Origin: an uncultured Pelagibacteraceae bacterium
GTDB taxonomy: Bacteria; Pseudomonadota; Alphaproteobacteria; Pelagibacterales; Pelagibacteraceae
Direction of reading: 5' to 3'
Assembly (NCBI GenBank): GCA_902616145.1
Contig: CACMRM010000001.1
Location: forward strand, 161,450 to 225,449
DNA: 64,000 nt
Below are positions 16,791-25,736 of the stretch, piece by piece (the stretch's first letter is position 1; the number at the start of each line of letters is the position of its first letter). The notes beneath the pieces are model-generated. The model saw only the letters and a program-made list of their open reading frames with translations, ran no database searches and was not told the origin of the DNA. The position numbers were made by a program, and so were the translations under genes.

Positions 16791-18875
16791 ATGAATATAC
16801 CAAAACTTAAAAAAATAAAGACTAAGAAAAATTATCACGGGATACCACTAGAAGATGATTATTCATGGGTTGATCAGCCAAATATCCTTGAAGTTTTAAA
16901 AGATCCTAAAAAGTTAAATTCTCAAGTTAAGGATTACATAGAAGCAAACAACAAAATAACTGAAGACTACTTCACAGACGTTAAAGAATTACAGAAAAAT
17001 TTATTTAAAGAAATTAAAGGAAAAATTAAATTAGATGATACTGGATTAAAATATAAAGATAAAAAATATCATTACTGGTCAAAAACAGAAGCAAAGGGTA
17101 ATTATGGTAAGAGAATTAGGCAACTCATTGATGGCTCTAAATCTGAGGAGGTTTATTTTGATGGTGATTTAGAAAAGAAGAAGTCTGGTTCAGAGTATTT
17201 TGGGGTTGGCGCTGTAAGCACTTCTTATTGTGATAATTTTATTGCTTATTCTTTAGATTTAAAAGGATCAGAATATTACACAATTTATTTGAGAGATCTT
17301 AGAACAGGAAAAAATGAAAAAGATGAAATTGAAAATACAAGCGGAAACATCACATGGGCTTTAGATAATAAAAGCTTTTTCTACTCGAAATTAGATCAAT
17401 ATCATAGACCAAGACAAATTTTCAAACATGTACTTGGAACGTCGACTAATCAAGATCAACTGATATTTGAGGAAAAAGATGAAACTTTTACTTGTGGTAT
17501 TAGTATTACCTCAGATGAAAAATATTTCATTATTGGAACTTCTGATCACATAACAACTGAAGAATATTTTTTTTCTACTGATGCTAAAGAAATTAAACCC
17601 ACGCTTTTTCAAAAAAGGAAAAATGATGTTCGTTATTCAATAGACTCTTGGCAAGGTTATTTTTATGTTCATACCAATGAAGAGGCTAGGGATTATAAGG
17701 TACTGAGATGTAAGAATAGTCAGATAGATAAATTAGAGGTTTTTATCGCTGCTAAAAAAGAGACTGTTATCGGTGGTTTTGAATTTTTAGACGATTATAT
17801 CCTTAGATCAGAAAAGTCTGATGCTATCCCAAAACTATTTGTAAGAAATATTAGAACTAACAAAGAAGAAGAAATTAAAATTTCAGATGAACCAATAGGT
17901 GTTCCTAGTGTTTCTTTAATGCAAAGAGATACAAATACTACAATGATAAGAGTTGGATGGGAGAGTATGGCAACTCCAGGACAGGTTTATGAGTATGACA
18001 TCGTCTCAAAGCAAAAAAAATTAGTAAAACAAACAGAAGTCCCATCTGGGCATGACTCCAGTAATTATGTTGTTGAAAGAATAAAAGCTGAGTCTCATGA
18101 CGGTCAAATGATACCTATTAGTTTGGTCAGATTGAAAACAGCAAAACAGGATGGAAAATCAAAAATTCTTTTATATGCCTACGGGGCGTACAAACATAGT
18201 ATCTCTCCATCTTTTAGTGCCTCAAGATTTTGTTTAATTGATAGAGGAATTACTTTTGCGATAGCTCATGTAAGAGGTGGAGGTGATTTAGGAGATAAAC
18301 ATCATGAAAAAGGTAAAAAAAAATTCAAGAAAAATACTTTTTTAGATTACATAGCTTGTGCCAAACATCTTATAGAGCAAAGATATACATACAAAGGCGG
18401 AATTTGTTTTTATGGTGGATCTGCTGGAGGTCTTACTGGCGGAGCTGTAGCTAATATGGCGCCAGATTTATTTTTTGGAATGCTTTTGTTAGTTCCATTT
18501 GTAGATACAATGACAACTATGTTAAATGAGAAATTACCGTTAACCCCAGGCGAATGGGAGATGTGGGGAAACCCAATAAAAAGTAAGGAGTACTTTGAGT
18601 ATATCTTATCTTATGCGCCTTATAACAATCTTAGTAAAAAAGATTACCCGCCGATGCTAATTACAACTTCCCTATTTGACAATAGAGTCCTTTACTCTGA
18701 GCCAGTTAAATATATTGCAAAACTTAGAGAAACAAAAACCGATAATAATACTCAATTATTAAAATGCAAAATGGAAGCAGCAGGTCATGGAGGAATGTCT
18801 GGCCGTGACAATGCGATCACAGAACTAGCTGAAGAATATTCTTTTATTTTAAAATCTGCAAAAATTTTTAAATAA
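16791..18875 (+). CDS. ptrB: S9A prolyl oligopeptidase family serine protease (oligopeptidase B-like)
   Basis: 694 aa with a beta-propeller N-terminal domain, the catalytic GGSAGGL and C-terminal AGHGG. Confidence 0.85.
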   Translation: MNIPKLKKIKTKKNYHGIPLEDDYSWVDQPNILEVLKDPKKLNSQVKDYIEANNKITEDYFTDVKELQKNLFKEIKGKIKLDDTGLKYKDKKYHYWSKTEAKGNYGKRIRQLIDGSKSEEVYFDGDLEKKKSGSEYFGVGAVSTSYCDNFIAYSLDLKGSEYYTIYLRDLRTGKNEKDEIENTSGNITWALDNKSFFYSKLDQYHRPRQIFKHVLGTSTNQDQLIFEEKDETFTCGISITSDEKYFIIGTSDHITTEEYFFSTDAKEIKPTLFQKRKNDVRYSIDSWQGYFYVHTNEEARDYKVLRCKNSQIDKLEVFIAAKKETVIGGFEFLDDYILRSEKSDAIPKLFVRNIRTNKEEEIKISDEPIGVPSVSLMQRDTNTTMIRVGWESMATPGQVYEYDIVSKQKKLVKQTEVPSGHDSSNYVVERIKAESHDGQMIPISLVRLKTAKQDGKSKILLYAYGAYKHSISPSFSASRFCLIDRGITFAIAHVRGGGDLGDKHHEKGKKKFKKNTFLDYIACAKHLIEQRYTYKGGICFYGGSAGGLTGGAVANMAPDLFFGMLLLVPFVDTMTTMLNEKLPLTPGEWEMWGNPIKSKEYFEYILSYAPYNNLSKKDYPPMLITTSLFDNRVLYSEPVKYIAKLRETKTDNNTQLLKCKMEAAGHGGMSGRDNAITELAEEYSFILKSAKIFK

Positions 18876-18879
18876 CAAT

Positions 18880-18909
18880 CTTGAAAAAATAAAAATAATT
18901 CCCATATCT
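18880..18909 (+). promoter_or_regulatory. Sigma-32 (RpoH)-type heat-shock promoter for ibpA
   Basis: CTTGAAA (18880-18886), a 14-nt spacer, then CCCATATCT (18901-18909). Compare the E. coli consensus CTTGAAA-N13-17-CCCCATNT. Confidence 0.55.
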
Positions 18910-18914
18910 GTATC

Positions 18915-18964
18915 GTCGGTTGCCAGATGGGGCTGACATTAACCTTGCTAACAAAGGAGGATAT
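18915..18964 (+). promoter_or_regulatory. ROSE-like RNA thermometer candidate in the ibpA 5' UTR (two hairpins, the second masking the SD)
   Basis: Hairpin I spans 18915-18937 (GUCGGUUGCC-AGAU-GGGGCUGAC). Hairpin II spans 18943-18960 (CCUUGCU-AACAA-AGGAGG). Both have a UUGC(C/U) arm with a bulged G opposite G-rich or SD sequence. ATG at 18965. Confidence 0.45.
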
Positions 18965-19408
18965 ATGACAAGTAAGGATCTATCGGTCTTTAATTCACTT
19001 AGACCTTTTAGCATCGGTTTCGACGACATGTTTGATCAGTTCGAATCTATGTTAGGGAATGGCAGTCTTGGTTTACAAACCAATTATCCGCCATACAACA
19101 TCCGAAAAGCAGGCAAAGATAAGTATGCTATTGAAGTAGCAGTTGCTGGCTTTAACAAAGATGATGTTGAAGTTGAATATGAAGATAATCTTTTAACTGT
19201 TAAAACAAAAGACGTTAAAAGAACTGAAGAAAAAGAAGGTGATGAAGTTATTCATCGAGGAATATCGCAAAGATCTTTTGCTAGATCGTTTACAATTGCA
19301 GATGACGTAAAAGTGAATGGTGCTGAGCTAAAAGATGGTTTACTGACTATTTCTTGTGAAAAAATCATCCCAGAAATAAAGAAAAAAAGACTTATTGAAA
19401 TAAAATAA
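18965..19408 (+). CDS. ibpA: Small heat shock protein (Hsp20/alpha-crystallin, IbpA-like)
   Basis: YPPYNIRKAGKDKYAIEVAVAGFNKDDVEVEYEDNLLTVK...GLLTISCEKIIPEIKKKRLIEI is collinear with E. coli IbpA. AAGGAGG lies 4 nt upstream of the ATG at 18965. The track ORF starts earlier, at 18920. Confidence 0.9.
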   Translation: MTSKDLSVFNSLRPFSIGFDDMFDQFESMLGNGSLGLQTNYPPYNIRKAGKDKYAIEVAVAGFNKDDVEVEYEDNLLTVKTKDVKRTEEKEGDEVIHRGISQRSFARSFTIADDVKVNGAELKDGLLTISCEKIIPEIKKKRLIEIK

Positions 19409-19420
19409 GCTTACCTTACT

Positions 19421-19440
19421 TGCGGAGTATTTACTCCGCA
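19421..19440. terminator. Bidirectional terminator hairpin TGCGGAGTA-TT-TACTCCGCA between convergent genes
   Basis: Perfect 9-bp inverted repeat in the 37-bp spacer between ibpA (+) and a lipoprotein gene (-). Confidence 0.6.
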
Positions 19441-19445
19441 GGTAA

Positions 19446-19751
19446 TTAAAAGCAGTTTTTGCTGCTAAAACCAACCACAATATTCCTAGGACTCAACTCA
19501 AATTTACGCTCACACTTAATTTTATATTTTTCAGTAATATAGACGTAATTTCTATTTCTTGTTTTTAAAAATTCAACTTTATCAGGTTGGCCATGAAAAC
19601 TTTTAAGATCTTCTTCAGTTTTATTTAACCATTTACTCAATTCCTTCGCTTCTTTTGTTGTCGTATCTTCAATTTTCTTTGAAACAGTTTGGCAACCAAT
19701 CAAAGAAATTAAAAATAATGTGTATAAAATTATTGAAAATAATTTTTTCAT
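19446..19751 (-). CDS. Small lipoprotein (possibly BamE/SmpA_OmlA-like)
   Basis: Lipobox LISLIGC-QT. 101 aa. The segment DLKSFHGQPDKVEF...YVY loosely resembles BamE. The family call is weak. Confidence 0.5.
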   Translation of the reverse strand: MKKLFSIILYTLFLISLIGCQTVSKKIEDTTTKEAKELSKWLNKTEEDLKSFHGQPDKVEFLKTRNRNYVYITEKYKIKCERKFELSPRNIVVGFSSKNCF

Positions 19752-19763
19752 TTTACCCTTATT

Positions 19764-19782
19764 TTATAACGAAAAGTTATAA
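19764..19782. promoter_or_regulatory. Inverted repeat TTATAAC-N5-GTTATAA in the divergent promoter region
   Basis: Perfect 7-bp arms. Lies between the lipoprotein gene start (19751, -) and the purine permease start (19886, +). Confidence 0.3.
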
Positions 19783-19885
19783 ACAGATATATTTACTCTT
19801 GGTTGAATCAAAGTAGATATGAGGGATTTAGTTAAGATTTTGGCAGTTATATAGAGTAAAAAACTTTAAACGGAGGTTTTATTTT

Positions 19886-21196
19886 ATGATGGATAAATAT
19901 TTTGAGTATAGAAAACATAAAACAAATTTTAAAACTGAGGTTATAGCTGGTGTAACTACTTTTCTTACAATGGCATACATCATGTTTTTAAATCCCTTTA
20001 TCTTATCTGGCGAATTTGCTGGAACAGAAAAAGGTTTTTTTGATTTTGGGGCAGTATTTACTGCAACGATATTAGCAACAGCGGTTGCATGTTTCATTAT
20101 GGCGTTTTACGGAAAAACTTGGCCTATAGGTTTGGCGCCAGGTATGGGTATTAATGCATTTGTTGCGTACGGAGTAGTTGCAGGAATGGGGTACACACCA
20201 CAAGCAGCATTGGGTGCTGTACTAGTTGCTGGAGTTATTTTCTTAGCTATATCACTCACGCCTTTGAGAGCATGGTTGATTAACTCGATTCCGAGAAGTT
20301 TAAAACTAGGAATCGGTGCTGGTATAGGATTATTTTTAGCTATTATTGGTTTAGAAATTATGGGAGTAGTAGGAGACCACCCAGTCACACTAGTTACTCT
20401 TGGTGACATTAAGAATCCTTTAGTGCTTCTAGGTTGTTTAGCTTTTGTCTTTATGATTGTTTTAGAGAAAATGAAGATAAGGGGAAACATTATAATTGGT
20501 ATCCTTTTATTTAGTATAATAGCTTGGGCTACTGGTTTGGCAAAATTTAATGGTGTTGTTGGCTCTATACCGCCAATGACATACTTATTTGATTTTGATC
20601 TTAAAGCAGCGCTCACTGCGGGTATGGCTTCAATAGTTTTTACATTATTGTTTATAGACTTTTTCGATACAGCAGGAACATTAACATCTGTTGCTAACGT
20701 AGCAGGTAAAGTAGATAAAAAAGGAAAAGTACAAGACATCAACAAAGCAATGTTATCTGACAGTGTGGGAACAGTTGCTGGAGCAATGATGGGAACAACA
20801 ACTGTAACTAGTTACGTTGAGTCTGGCGCAGGAGTAAAAGCCGGAGGCAGAACTGGAATGACGTCACTTGTAATAGGAGTTTTATTCCTAGCTTGTTTAT
20901 TCTTTTCGCCGCTTGCTACAAGTTTACCAAAAGAAATAGATGGTGCAGCGTTGTTGTATGTTGCAATATTATTTGTGAGAAATATCACTGATATTGAGTG
21001 GGATGATATAGCAGAGTCAGGTCCAGCAGTAGTTGCAATGATAACAATGCCATTAACATATAGTATAAGTAACGGTATCGCTCTTGCATTTATTTCATAT
21101 GCATTAATTCAAATATTTACAGGAAAATTTGGAAAAACTTCTCCGGCTATTTGGGTAATCGCAGTATTTAGCGTAATTAGTTTTTACGTAGCTTAA
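19886..21196 (+). CDS. Adenine/guanine/hypoxanthine permease (NCS2 family, AzgA/PbuG type)
   Basis: N-terminal FEYRKHKTNFKTEVIAGVTTFLTMAYIMFLNP is typical of AzgA-type purine permeases. 436 aa and polytopic. Confidence 0.85.
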   Translation: MMDKYFEYRKHKTNFKTEVIAGVTTFLTMAYIMFLNPFILSGEFAGTEKGFFDFGAVFTATILATAVACFIMAFYGKTWPIGLAPGMGINAFVAYGVVAGMGYTPQAALGAVLVAGVIFLAISLTPLRAWLINSIPRSLKLGIGAGIGLFLAIIGLEIMGVVGDHPVTLVTLGDIKNPLVLLGCLAFVFMIVLEKMKIRGNIIIGILLFSIIAWATGLAKFNGVVGSIPPMTYLFDFDLKAALTAGMASIVFTLLFIDFFDTAGTLTSVANVAGKVDKKGKVQDINKAMLSDSVGTVAGAMMGTTTVTSYVESGAGVKAGGRTGMTSLVIGVLFLACLFFSPLATSLPKEIDGAALLYVAILFVRNITDIEWDDIAESGPAVVAMITMPLTYSISNGIALAFISYALIQIFTGKFGKTSPAIWVIAVFSVISFYVA

Positions 21197-21203
21197 AAAT
21201 TTT

Positions 21204-21225
21204 AGGGCCAGTTAATTCTGGCCCT
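21204..21225. terminator. Hairpin AGGGCCAG-N6-CTGGCCCT between convergent genes
   Basis: Perfect 8-bp GC-rich inverted repeat followed by TTAATTTTTTT. Touches the stop codon of the minus-strand PRTase gene. Confidence 0.55.
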
Positions 21226-21752
21226 TAATTTTTTTGATGTTTATTAATTAAATCCTGAACTTTTATTTCTTCATAATGCTCAAATGGTTGAACTATCCAT
21301 GGGTTACTATCTAATCTTTGAGCACAAAAATCAGGTTCGAAAGTTGAATCTTTTTTTTTCCAAAGCACAGCAGTTTTAATCTCTTTTATATTTCCTTTAA
21401 GGGGTGGATATTTTTTTAACCAATCAATACTTTTATTTAGCGTTACCCCTGTATCAGATAAGTCATCACATAAAAGAATGTTGCCTTTCATGTCTTGAAC
21501 AGTAGAGCTCATTTCTCTTGAAAAAACCAAATCCCCTTGTTGATCCTCTGTGCCCTCTCCAGAGTATGATTCTACAGCAAGATAAGCACATTTTAATTTA
21601 AAAACTCGGCTTAAGACATCAGTAATTGGCAGGCCACCTCTCGCAATACCAATAAGCAAATTAGGTTTAAAACCACTTTCATGAATTTGTATTGCTAATT
21701 TTTCAACGATTAGATTATACTCTTTCCAATCAATGATAAGTTTATCTGCCAT
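21225..21752 (-). CDS. Purine phosphoribosyltransferase (xanthine-guanine PRT-like)
   Basis: PRPP-binding loop ILLCDDLSDTGVTL, IGIARGGL and C-terminal WIVQPFE (compare E. coli Gpt WIEQPWD). Confidence 0.7.
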   Translation of the reverse strand: MADKLIIDWKEYNLIVEKLAIQIHESGFKPNLLIGIARGGLPITDVLSRVFKLKCAYLAVESYSGEGTEDQQGDLVFSREMSSTVQDMKGNILLCDDLSDTGVTLNKSIDWLKKYPPLKGNIKEIKTAVLWKKKDSTFEPDFCAQRLDSNPWIVQPFEHYEEIKVQDLINKHQKN

Positions 21753-21785
21753 GAAAAAAGTTAGTTTATTTTAAAGGAGTTGTAA

Positions 21786-22073
21786 ATGAAAGGATATGTA
21801 GTTTGTGTTTATAAAAGTATAAGTAATGAGGAAAAGCTAAAAGAATACGCTGTTAAATCTAGAGCAGCAGTTGAAAAATATAAGGGAAAATTTTTAATTA
21901 GAGGTGGAAGATCTACATCTAATGAAGGTGATAAATCTCCAAGAACAGTTGTAATTGAGTTTCCGTCCTACGATGAAGCTAATATCTTTTACAATTCAAA
22001 AGAGTATCAAGATGCACATTCTATTCTTGAAGGCTATGCAGAACGTCAACATCAAACGATTGAAGGCGCTTAA
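21786..22073 (+). CDS. DUF1330 domain protein
   Basis: 95 aa. The pattern MKGYVV...YKGKFLIRGG...VVIEFPSYDEANIFYNSKEYQDA fits DUF1330. AAGGAG SD upstream. Confidence 0.7.
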   Translation: MKGYVVCVYKSISNEEKLKEYAVKSRAAVEKYKGKFLIRGGRSTSNEGDKSPRTVVIEFPSYDEANIFYNSKEYQDAHSILEGYAERQHQTIEGA

Positions 22074-22693
22074 TATTGGATTGGTTCATCGTCAATACTG
22101 CGCCAGAGATACCACGTGGCAACTGAACAATAAGGTGTAAATTTTTTATTAAGTTTATTTAAAAAACTTTTTGGAGGAAAGTATTTTTTCTTATAATTGT
22201 TTGATATTGCTCTTAATAAGCCAATATCTTGCAAAGGCCAAATATTAGATCGATTGTAAGTGAATAGTAAAATCATTTCTGCGCTCCATCTACCTATTTG
22301 TCTCAAAGATGATAAGTATTGGATGGCTTCCTCGTCATTCATGTTTTCGATTAATTTTGGATCAAATTCTTTCTTTACAAATTTAATTGACAATTCTTTT
22401 ATTCCCAAAGCCTTTTGTCTACTTAGGCCACAAGATTTAAGTTGTGATATTGATAATTTTGATACTTTTAAGGGATTAATCCTTCTAGTTTTCTTTTGAA
22501 ATTTTTTAAATACTGAGTTAGCAGCTGATACACTTATCTGCTGACCAACAATACTTTTACATAAAGAGTAAAAAATATCTTTTCTAGTAGTCAAAAATTT
22601 ATCATTGTATTTAATGATTAGTCTTTTTAAAACTTTATCTCTTTTAGATAAAATTTTTATTGCTTTTGACCAGTAACTTGGATACTTGCTCAC
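22070..22693 (-). CDS. HhH-GPD superfamily DNA glycosylase (3-methyladenine DNA glycosylase II, AlkA-like)
   Basis: Contains GQQISVSAANSVF, the helix-hairpin-helix LKSCGLSRQKALGIKEL and IGRWSAEMILLF. Confidence 0.75.
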   Translation of the reverse strand: MSKYPSYWSKAIKILSKRDKVLKRLIIKYNDKFLTTRKDIFYSLCKSIVGQQISVSAANSVFKKFQKKTRRINPLKVSKLSISQLKSCGLSRQKALGIKELSIKFVKKEFDPKLIENMNDEEAIQYLSSLRQIGRWSAEMILLFTYNRSNIWPLQDIGLLRAISNNYKKKYFPPKSFLNKLNKKFTPYCSVATWYLWRSIDDEPIQY

Positions 22694-23568
22694 GGCCTAG
22701 GACTAACAACTTGTTTTTTAAGTTGAGATTCTCTCATAAAAATAATTGCAGAACTTGCAATGATTAAACCAGCACCCAAAAGAGTCAGTACTTTTGGTAT
22801 TTCCCCCCAAATGAAATATCCTAGCAATATTGCAAATACTAAATTTAAATATTTTGTTGGAGTTACTAGTGATGCCTCAGCTATTCTTAGTGATACTGTA
22901 AGTAAAATATTAGCTACTGAACCAATTATACCTGTAAAAACTAAAAGAAAGAGTTCAAATTTTGATGGCATGATCCAACCAAAAGGAAGTGTTGCTAGAC
23001 CAACTATCATGCTTAATAAAGAAAAGTATAAGGCAATTCTATAATTAGGTTCGGTAGATGATAAACTTCTTATACTTAAAGCTACACAAGCGAAGAAAAT
23101 GCAAAAAATTACTGGAAACAAGTAATAAATATTTAGTTCATCATAAGCGGGTTTGACAATCATTAACATCCCGATAAACCCAATTAAAACTGCAGACCAT
23201 CTTCTAATACCAACTTTTTCAGATAAAAAAAATATTGAACCTAAGGTAACGAAAATTGGGCCTCCAAAAGTCAAACTTACGACATCTGCCAAAGGTATTT
23301 CTCTAAGAGCAATAAAAAGTGCAATAATTGCTAAGGTCCCTGTTACAGCTCTGAAAGCATGTAATTTAGGTCTTGTAGTTTTATAAAAAGTTTTAAATTC
23401 ATTCTTAGGTACAAGCATTAAAATTGGTATTAAACCAAAAAAAAATCTTGCAAATAATACTTCACCAACAGGAAACTGGTCTAACCATTTAACACAAGCA
23501 TCCATCATGGCAAAACATGCCACAGATGCTACTCCGTACAATACGCCTAATTGATTTCGTGCTAACAA
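22690..23568 (-). CDS. EamA/DMT family transporter
   Basis: 292 aa with 10 predicted TM segments in two EamA-like halves. Confidence 0.8.
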   Translation of the reverse strand: MLARNQLGVLYGVASVACFAMMDACVKWLDQFPVGEVLFARFFFGLIPILMLVPKNEFKTFYKTTRPKLHAFRAVTGTLAIIALFIALREIPLADVVSLTFGGPIFVTLGSIFFLSEKVGIRRWSAVLIGFIGMLMIVKPAYDELNIYYLFPVIFCIFFACVALSIRSLSSTEPNYRIALYFSLLSMIVGLATLPFGWIMPSKFELFLLVFTGIIGSVANILLTVSLRIAEASLVTPTKYLNLVFAILLGYFIWGEIPKVLTLLGAGLIIASSAIIFMRESQLKKQVVSPRP

Positions 23569-23601
23569 TTTAATATCCTCATAACTCTATATAATTACTT
23601 T

Positions 23602-24048
23602 ATGAAGAAATGTACACTTGCTCTTGGCTGTTTTTGGAAACCTGAGGAAAACTTCAAAAATAAGCCAGGTATAATTGAAACAGAAGTCGGCTATGCCGGT
23701 GGATTATCCGATAAAGTTACCTATGAAGAAGTATGTAGAGGTGACACTGGTCATGCTGAAGTTATAAGACTTACCTTTGATGAAAAATTAATTTCCTTTA
23801 AGAAAATTTTAGATTTATTTTTTAAAATGCACGACCCTACTCAAAAAGATATGCAATACCCTGATGTTGGAACTCAATATCGAAGTGAAATATTTTATGA
23901 GGACGACATTCAAAAAGCTGAGGCTCAAGAAATTTTAGAAATTTTTAATAAGGAACTTAATGGAAAAATTCAAACTAATATTTCTCGACTCAAAAATTAT
24001 TGTAAAGCAGAGGAATATCATCAAAAATACTTGGAAAAAAATAGATAA
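23602..24048 (+). CDS. msrA: Peptide-methionine (S)-S-oxide reductase
   Basis: Contains GCFW (catalytic Cys), GHAEVIRLTFD and YHQKYL. Confidence 0.9.
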   Translation: MKKCTLALGCFWKPEENFKNKPGIIETEVGYAGGLSDKVTYEEVCRGDTGHAEVIRLTFDEKLISFKKILDLFFKMHDPTQKDMQYPDVGTQYRSEIFYEDDIQKAEAQEILEIFNKELNGKIQTNISRLKNYCKAEEYHQKYLEKNR

Positions 24049-24860
24049 TGAAACAGCTCGTTACCACAGAATGGCTAGAAAAAAATATAAATAAAGTGAA
24101 AATATTAGATGCTACCTGGTGTTTGCCTAACTCAGGTAGAAATGCTGAAGAGGAGTTTAAAGAAAATCATATAAAGAACTCAATATTCTTTGATATTGAT
24201 AAAAATTCAAAGCAAAATTCTTCGTTACCCCATATGCTCCCTTCAAATAAAGAGTGGGAAAAAATTGTTTCAAATTTAGGAATAAATAATTCTGACCATA
24301 TAATTATTTATGATAACTCAGATGTCTTTAGTTCATGTAGAGTTTGGTATACTTTTATTTACTTTGGACATAACGCTGATCTAGTTTCTGTTTTAGACGG
24401 AAATTTTACGAAATGGTTAAAGGAAAATAGGGCTATTTCAAAAGAAGTAATAAAAATCTCAAAAACTGATTACGAAGCCAAGGAAAATTTATCTATGGTA
24501 ATAAATAAGGCTCAAGTTAAAAAAAACATATTAGATAAAAAATTTCAGTTAATAGATGCTAGAAGTAAAGATAGATTTTCGGGTTTAGTGCCTGAGCCCC
24601 GAAAAGGATTAAAAAGTGGTCACATTAAAGGATCTAAAAACATGCCTTTTCAATTACTTTTAAATGATGATCGAACCTTCAAAAAAAAAGGAGAATTAAT
24701 AAAGATTTTTGATCAAAAAGAAATTGATAAAGATAAAGATATTGCTTTTACATGCGGATCTGGAGTTACTGCATGTATTTTAGGACTAGCTAATTCTATT
24801 ATAAGTGGTAAAAAACCAACTATCTATGACGGCTCTTGGTCAGAGTACGGATTAGAATAA
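24048..24860 (+). CDS. sseA: 3-mercaptopyruvate sulfurtransferase (tandem rhodanese)
   Basis: Two rhodanese domains and the active-site loop CGSGVTA. ATGA overlap with msrA. Confidence 0.85.
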   Translation: MKQLVTTEWLEKNINKVKILDATWCLPNSGRNAEEEFKENHIKNSIFFDIDKNSKQNSSLPHMLPSNKEWEKIVSNLGINNSDHIIIYDNSDVFSSCRVWYTFIYFGHNADLVSVLDGNFTKWLKENRAISKEVIKISKTDYEAKENLSMVINKAQVKKNILDKKFQLIDARSKDRFSGLVPEPRKGLKSGHIKGSKNMPFQLLLNDDRTFKKKGELIKIFDQKEIDKDKDIAFTCGSGVTACILGLANSIISGKKPTIYDGSWSEYGLE

Positions 24861-24863
24861 AAA

Positions 24864-25736
24864 ATGAAAACACCTTCAAAATTAAAAGTTTTTTTAATTA
24901 TTTTCTTTATTGCTATTTTTGCAATTATTGCTGCAAGGCATTTTATTGGTTTGCACTTTAAAAAAAAATTCAGTGTGAGGCCTGCGCCAGGTGTAATCGT
25001 AGAGCAAGTTGAGAAATCATTGTTTTACAAAAGTATAGAAACTTTTGGGACAGCGATTGCGCAAAATTCAAAAACTTATAGAATAAAAACTGGTGAAGTT
25101 GCTGGAAAATTAAATATTGATAATAGATTTGTAAAAAAAGGTGAAATAATCCTTAGGCTTAAAAGTGGAGAAGAGGTTATTGCAGATTTTGCGGGTAAAT
25201 TGGGGAAAAGAGAAATTGCTCAAGGAGTTTTGGGTTCAGAGAGCTTAATAGTAACTTTAGATGATTTAAAAAAAATAGTTATAGATATAAAAGTTCCAGA
25301 GAATTATGTAAGTATACTAAAACCAGGATTAAAAGCAGAAATAACAAGTTCAGCATTTGAGAAAGCTTTTAAGGGGAAAATTCAAACAATTAGCTCAAGA
25401 ATAGATCCTTCTACGAGATCGATTTTATCAAGAGTTATAGTCGATAATTCTAATTTTGATATTATTCCAGGACAATTAATGACGGTAAAAGTTATATATG
25501 ATGAAATAAACCAAATTGGTGTTCCTGAAAGTGCTGTCACGATTCAGGGTAGTACAGCTTTTGTTTACACAGTAAAAGACGAAACTGCCGAAAAAAAAAA
25601 CATTGAAATTGGTAAAAGAAATTTTGGAAAAGTTTCTGTTGTATCAGGAATAAATGAAGGCGATCTTGTTATTACAGAAGGTGTCTCAAAAGTAAGAAAT
25701 AATGCTAAAATCAAAATTATAAATCCAAGAAATTAA
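24864..25736 (+). CDS. RND efflux periplasmic adaptor (membrane fusion protein)
   Basis: 290 aa with an N-terminal TM anchor and HlyD-like barrel/lipoyl regions. Immediately precedes the RND pump gene. Confidence 0.8.
   Translation: MKTPSKLKVFLIIFFIAIFAIIAARHFIGLHFKKKFSVRPAPGVIVEQVEKSLFYKSIETFGTAIAQNSKTYRIKTGEVAGKLNIDNRFVKKGEIILRLKSGEEVIADFAGKLGKREIAQGVLGSESLIVTLDDLKKIVIDIKVPENYVSILKPGLKAEITSSAFEKAFKGKIQTISSRIDPSTRSILSRVIVDNSNFDIIPGQLMTVKVIYDEINQIGVPESAVTIQGSTAFVYTVKDETAEKKNIEIGKRNFGKVSVVSGINEGDLVITEGVSKVRNNAKIKIINPRN

Noticed and set aside
19783-19885. Guanine/adenine riboswitch upstream of the purine permease
   Set aside because: A 6-bp closing helix (UACUCU...AGAGUA) and a GAUAUG segment are present. 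However, the conserved J2/3 (GUUUCUACC-like) and L3/J3-1 cores are absent, and no P2/P3 helices with the right geometry could be drawn by eye.
20107-20745. 212-aa ORF antisense to the purine permease. Similar long antisense ORFs occur at 59916-60272 and 60263-60457 (in katG), 46063-46683 (in regB), 25928-26167, 27269-27562 and 27878-28144 (in the RND pump), 49521-49850 (in dnaN), and 22760-23386 (in the EamA gene).
   Set aside because: Each lies fully inside a confidently identified gene on the other strand. They have low-complexity composition (Pro/Ser/Ile/Lys-rich) and no recognisable motifs. They are typical shadow ORFs.
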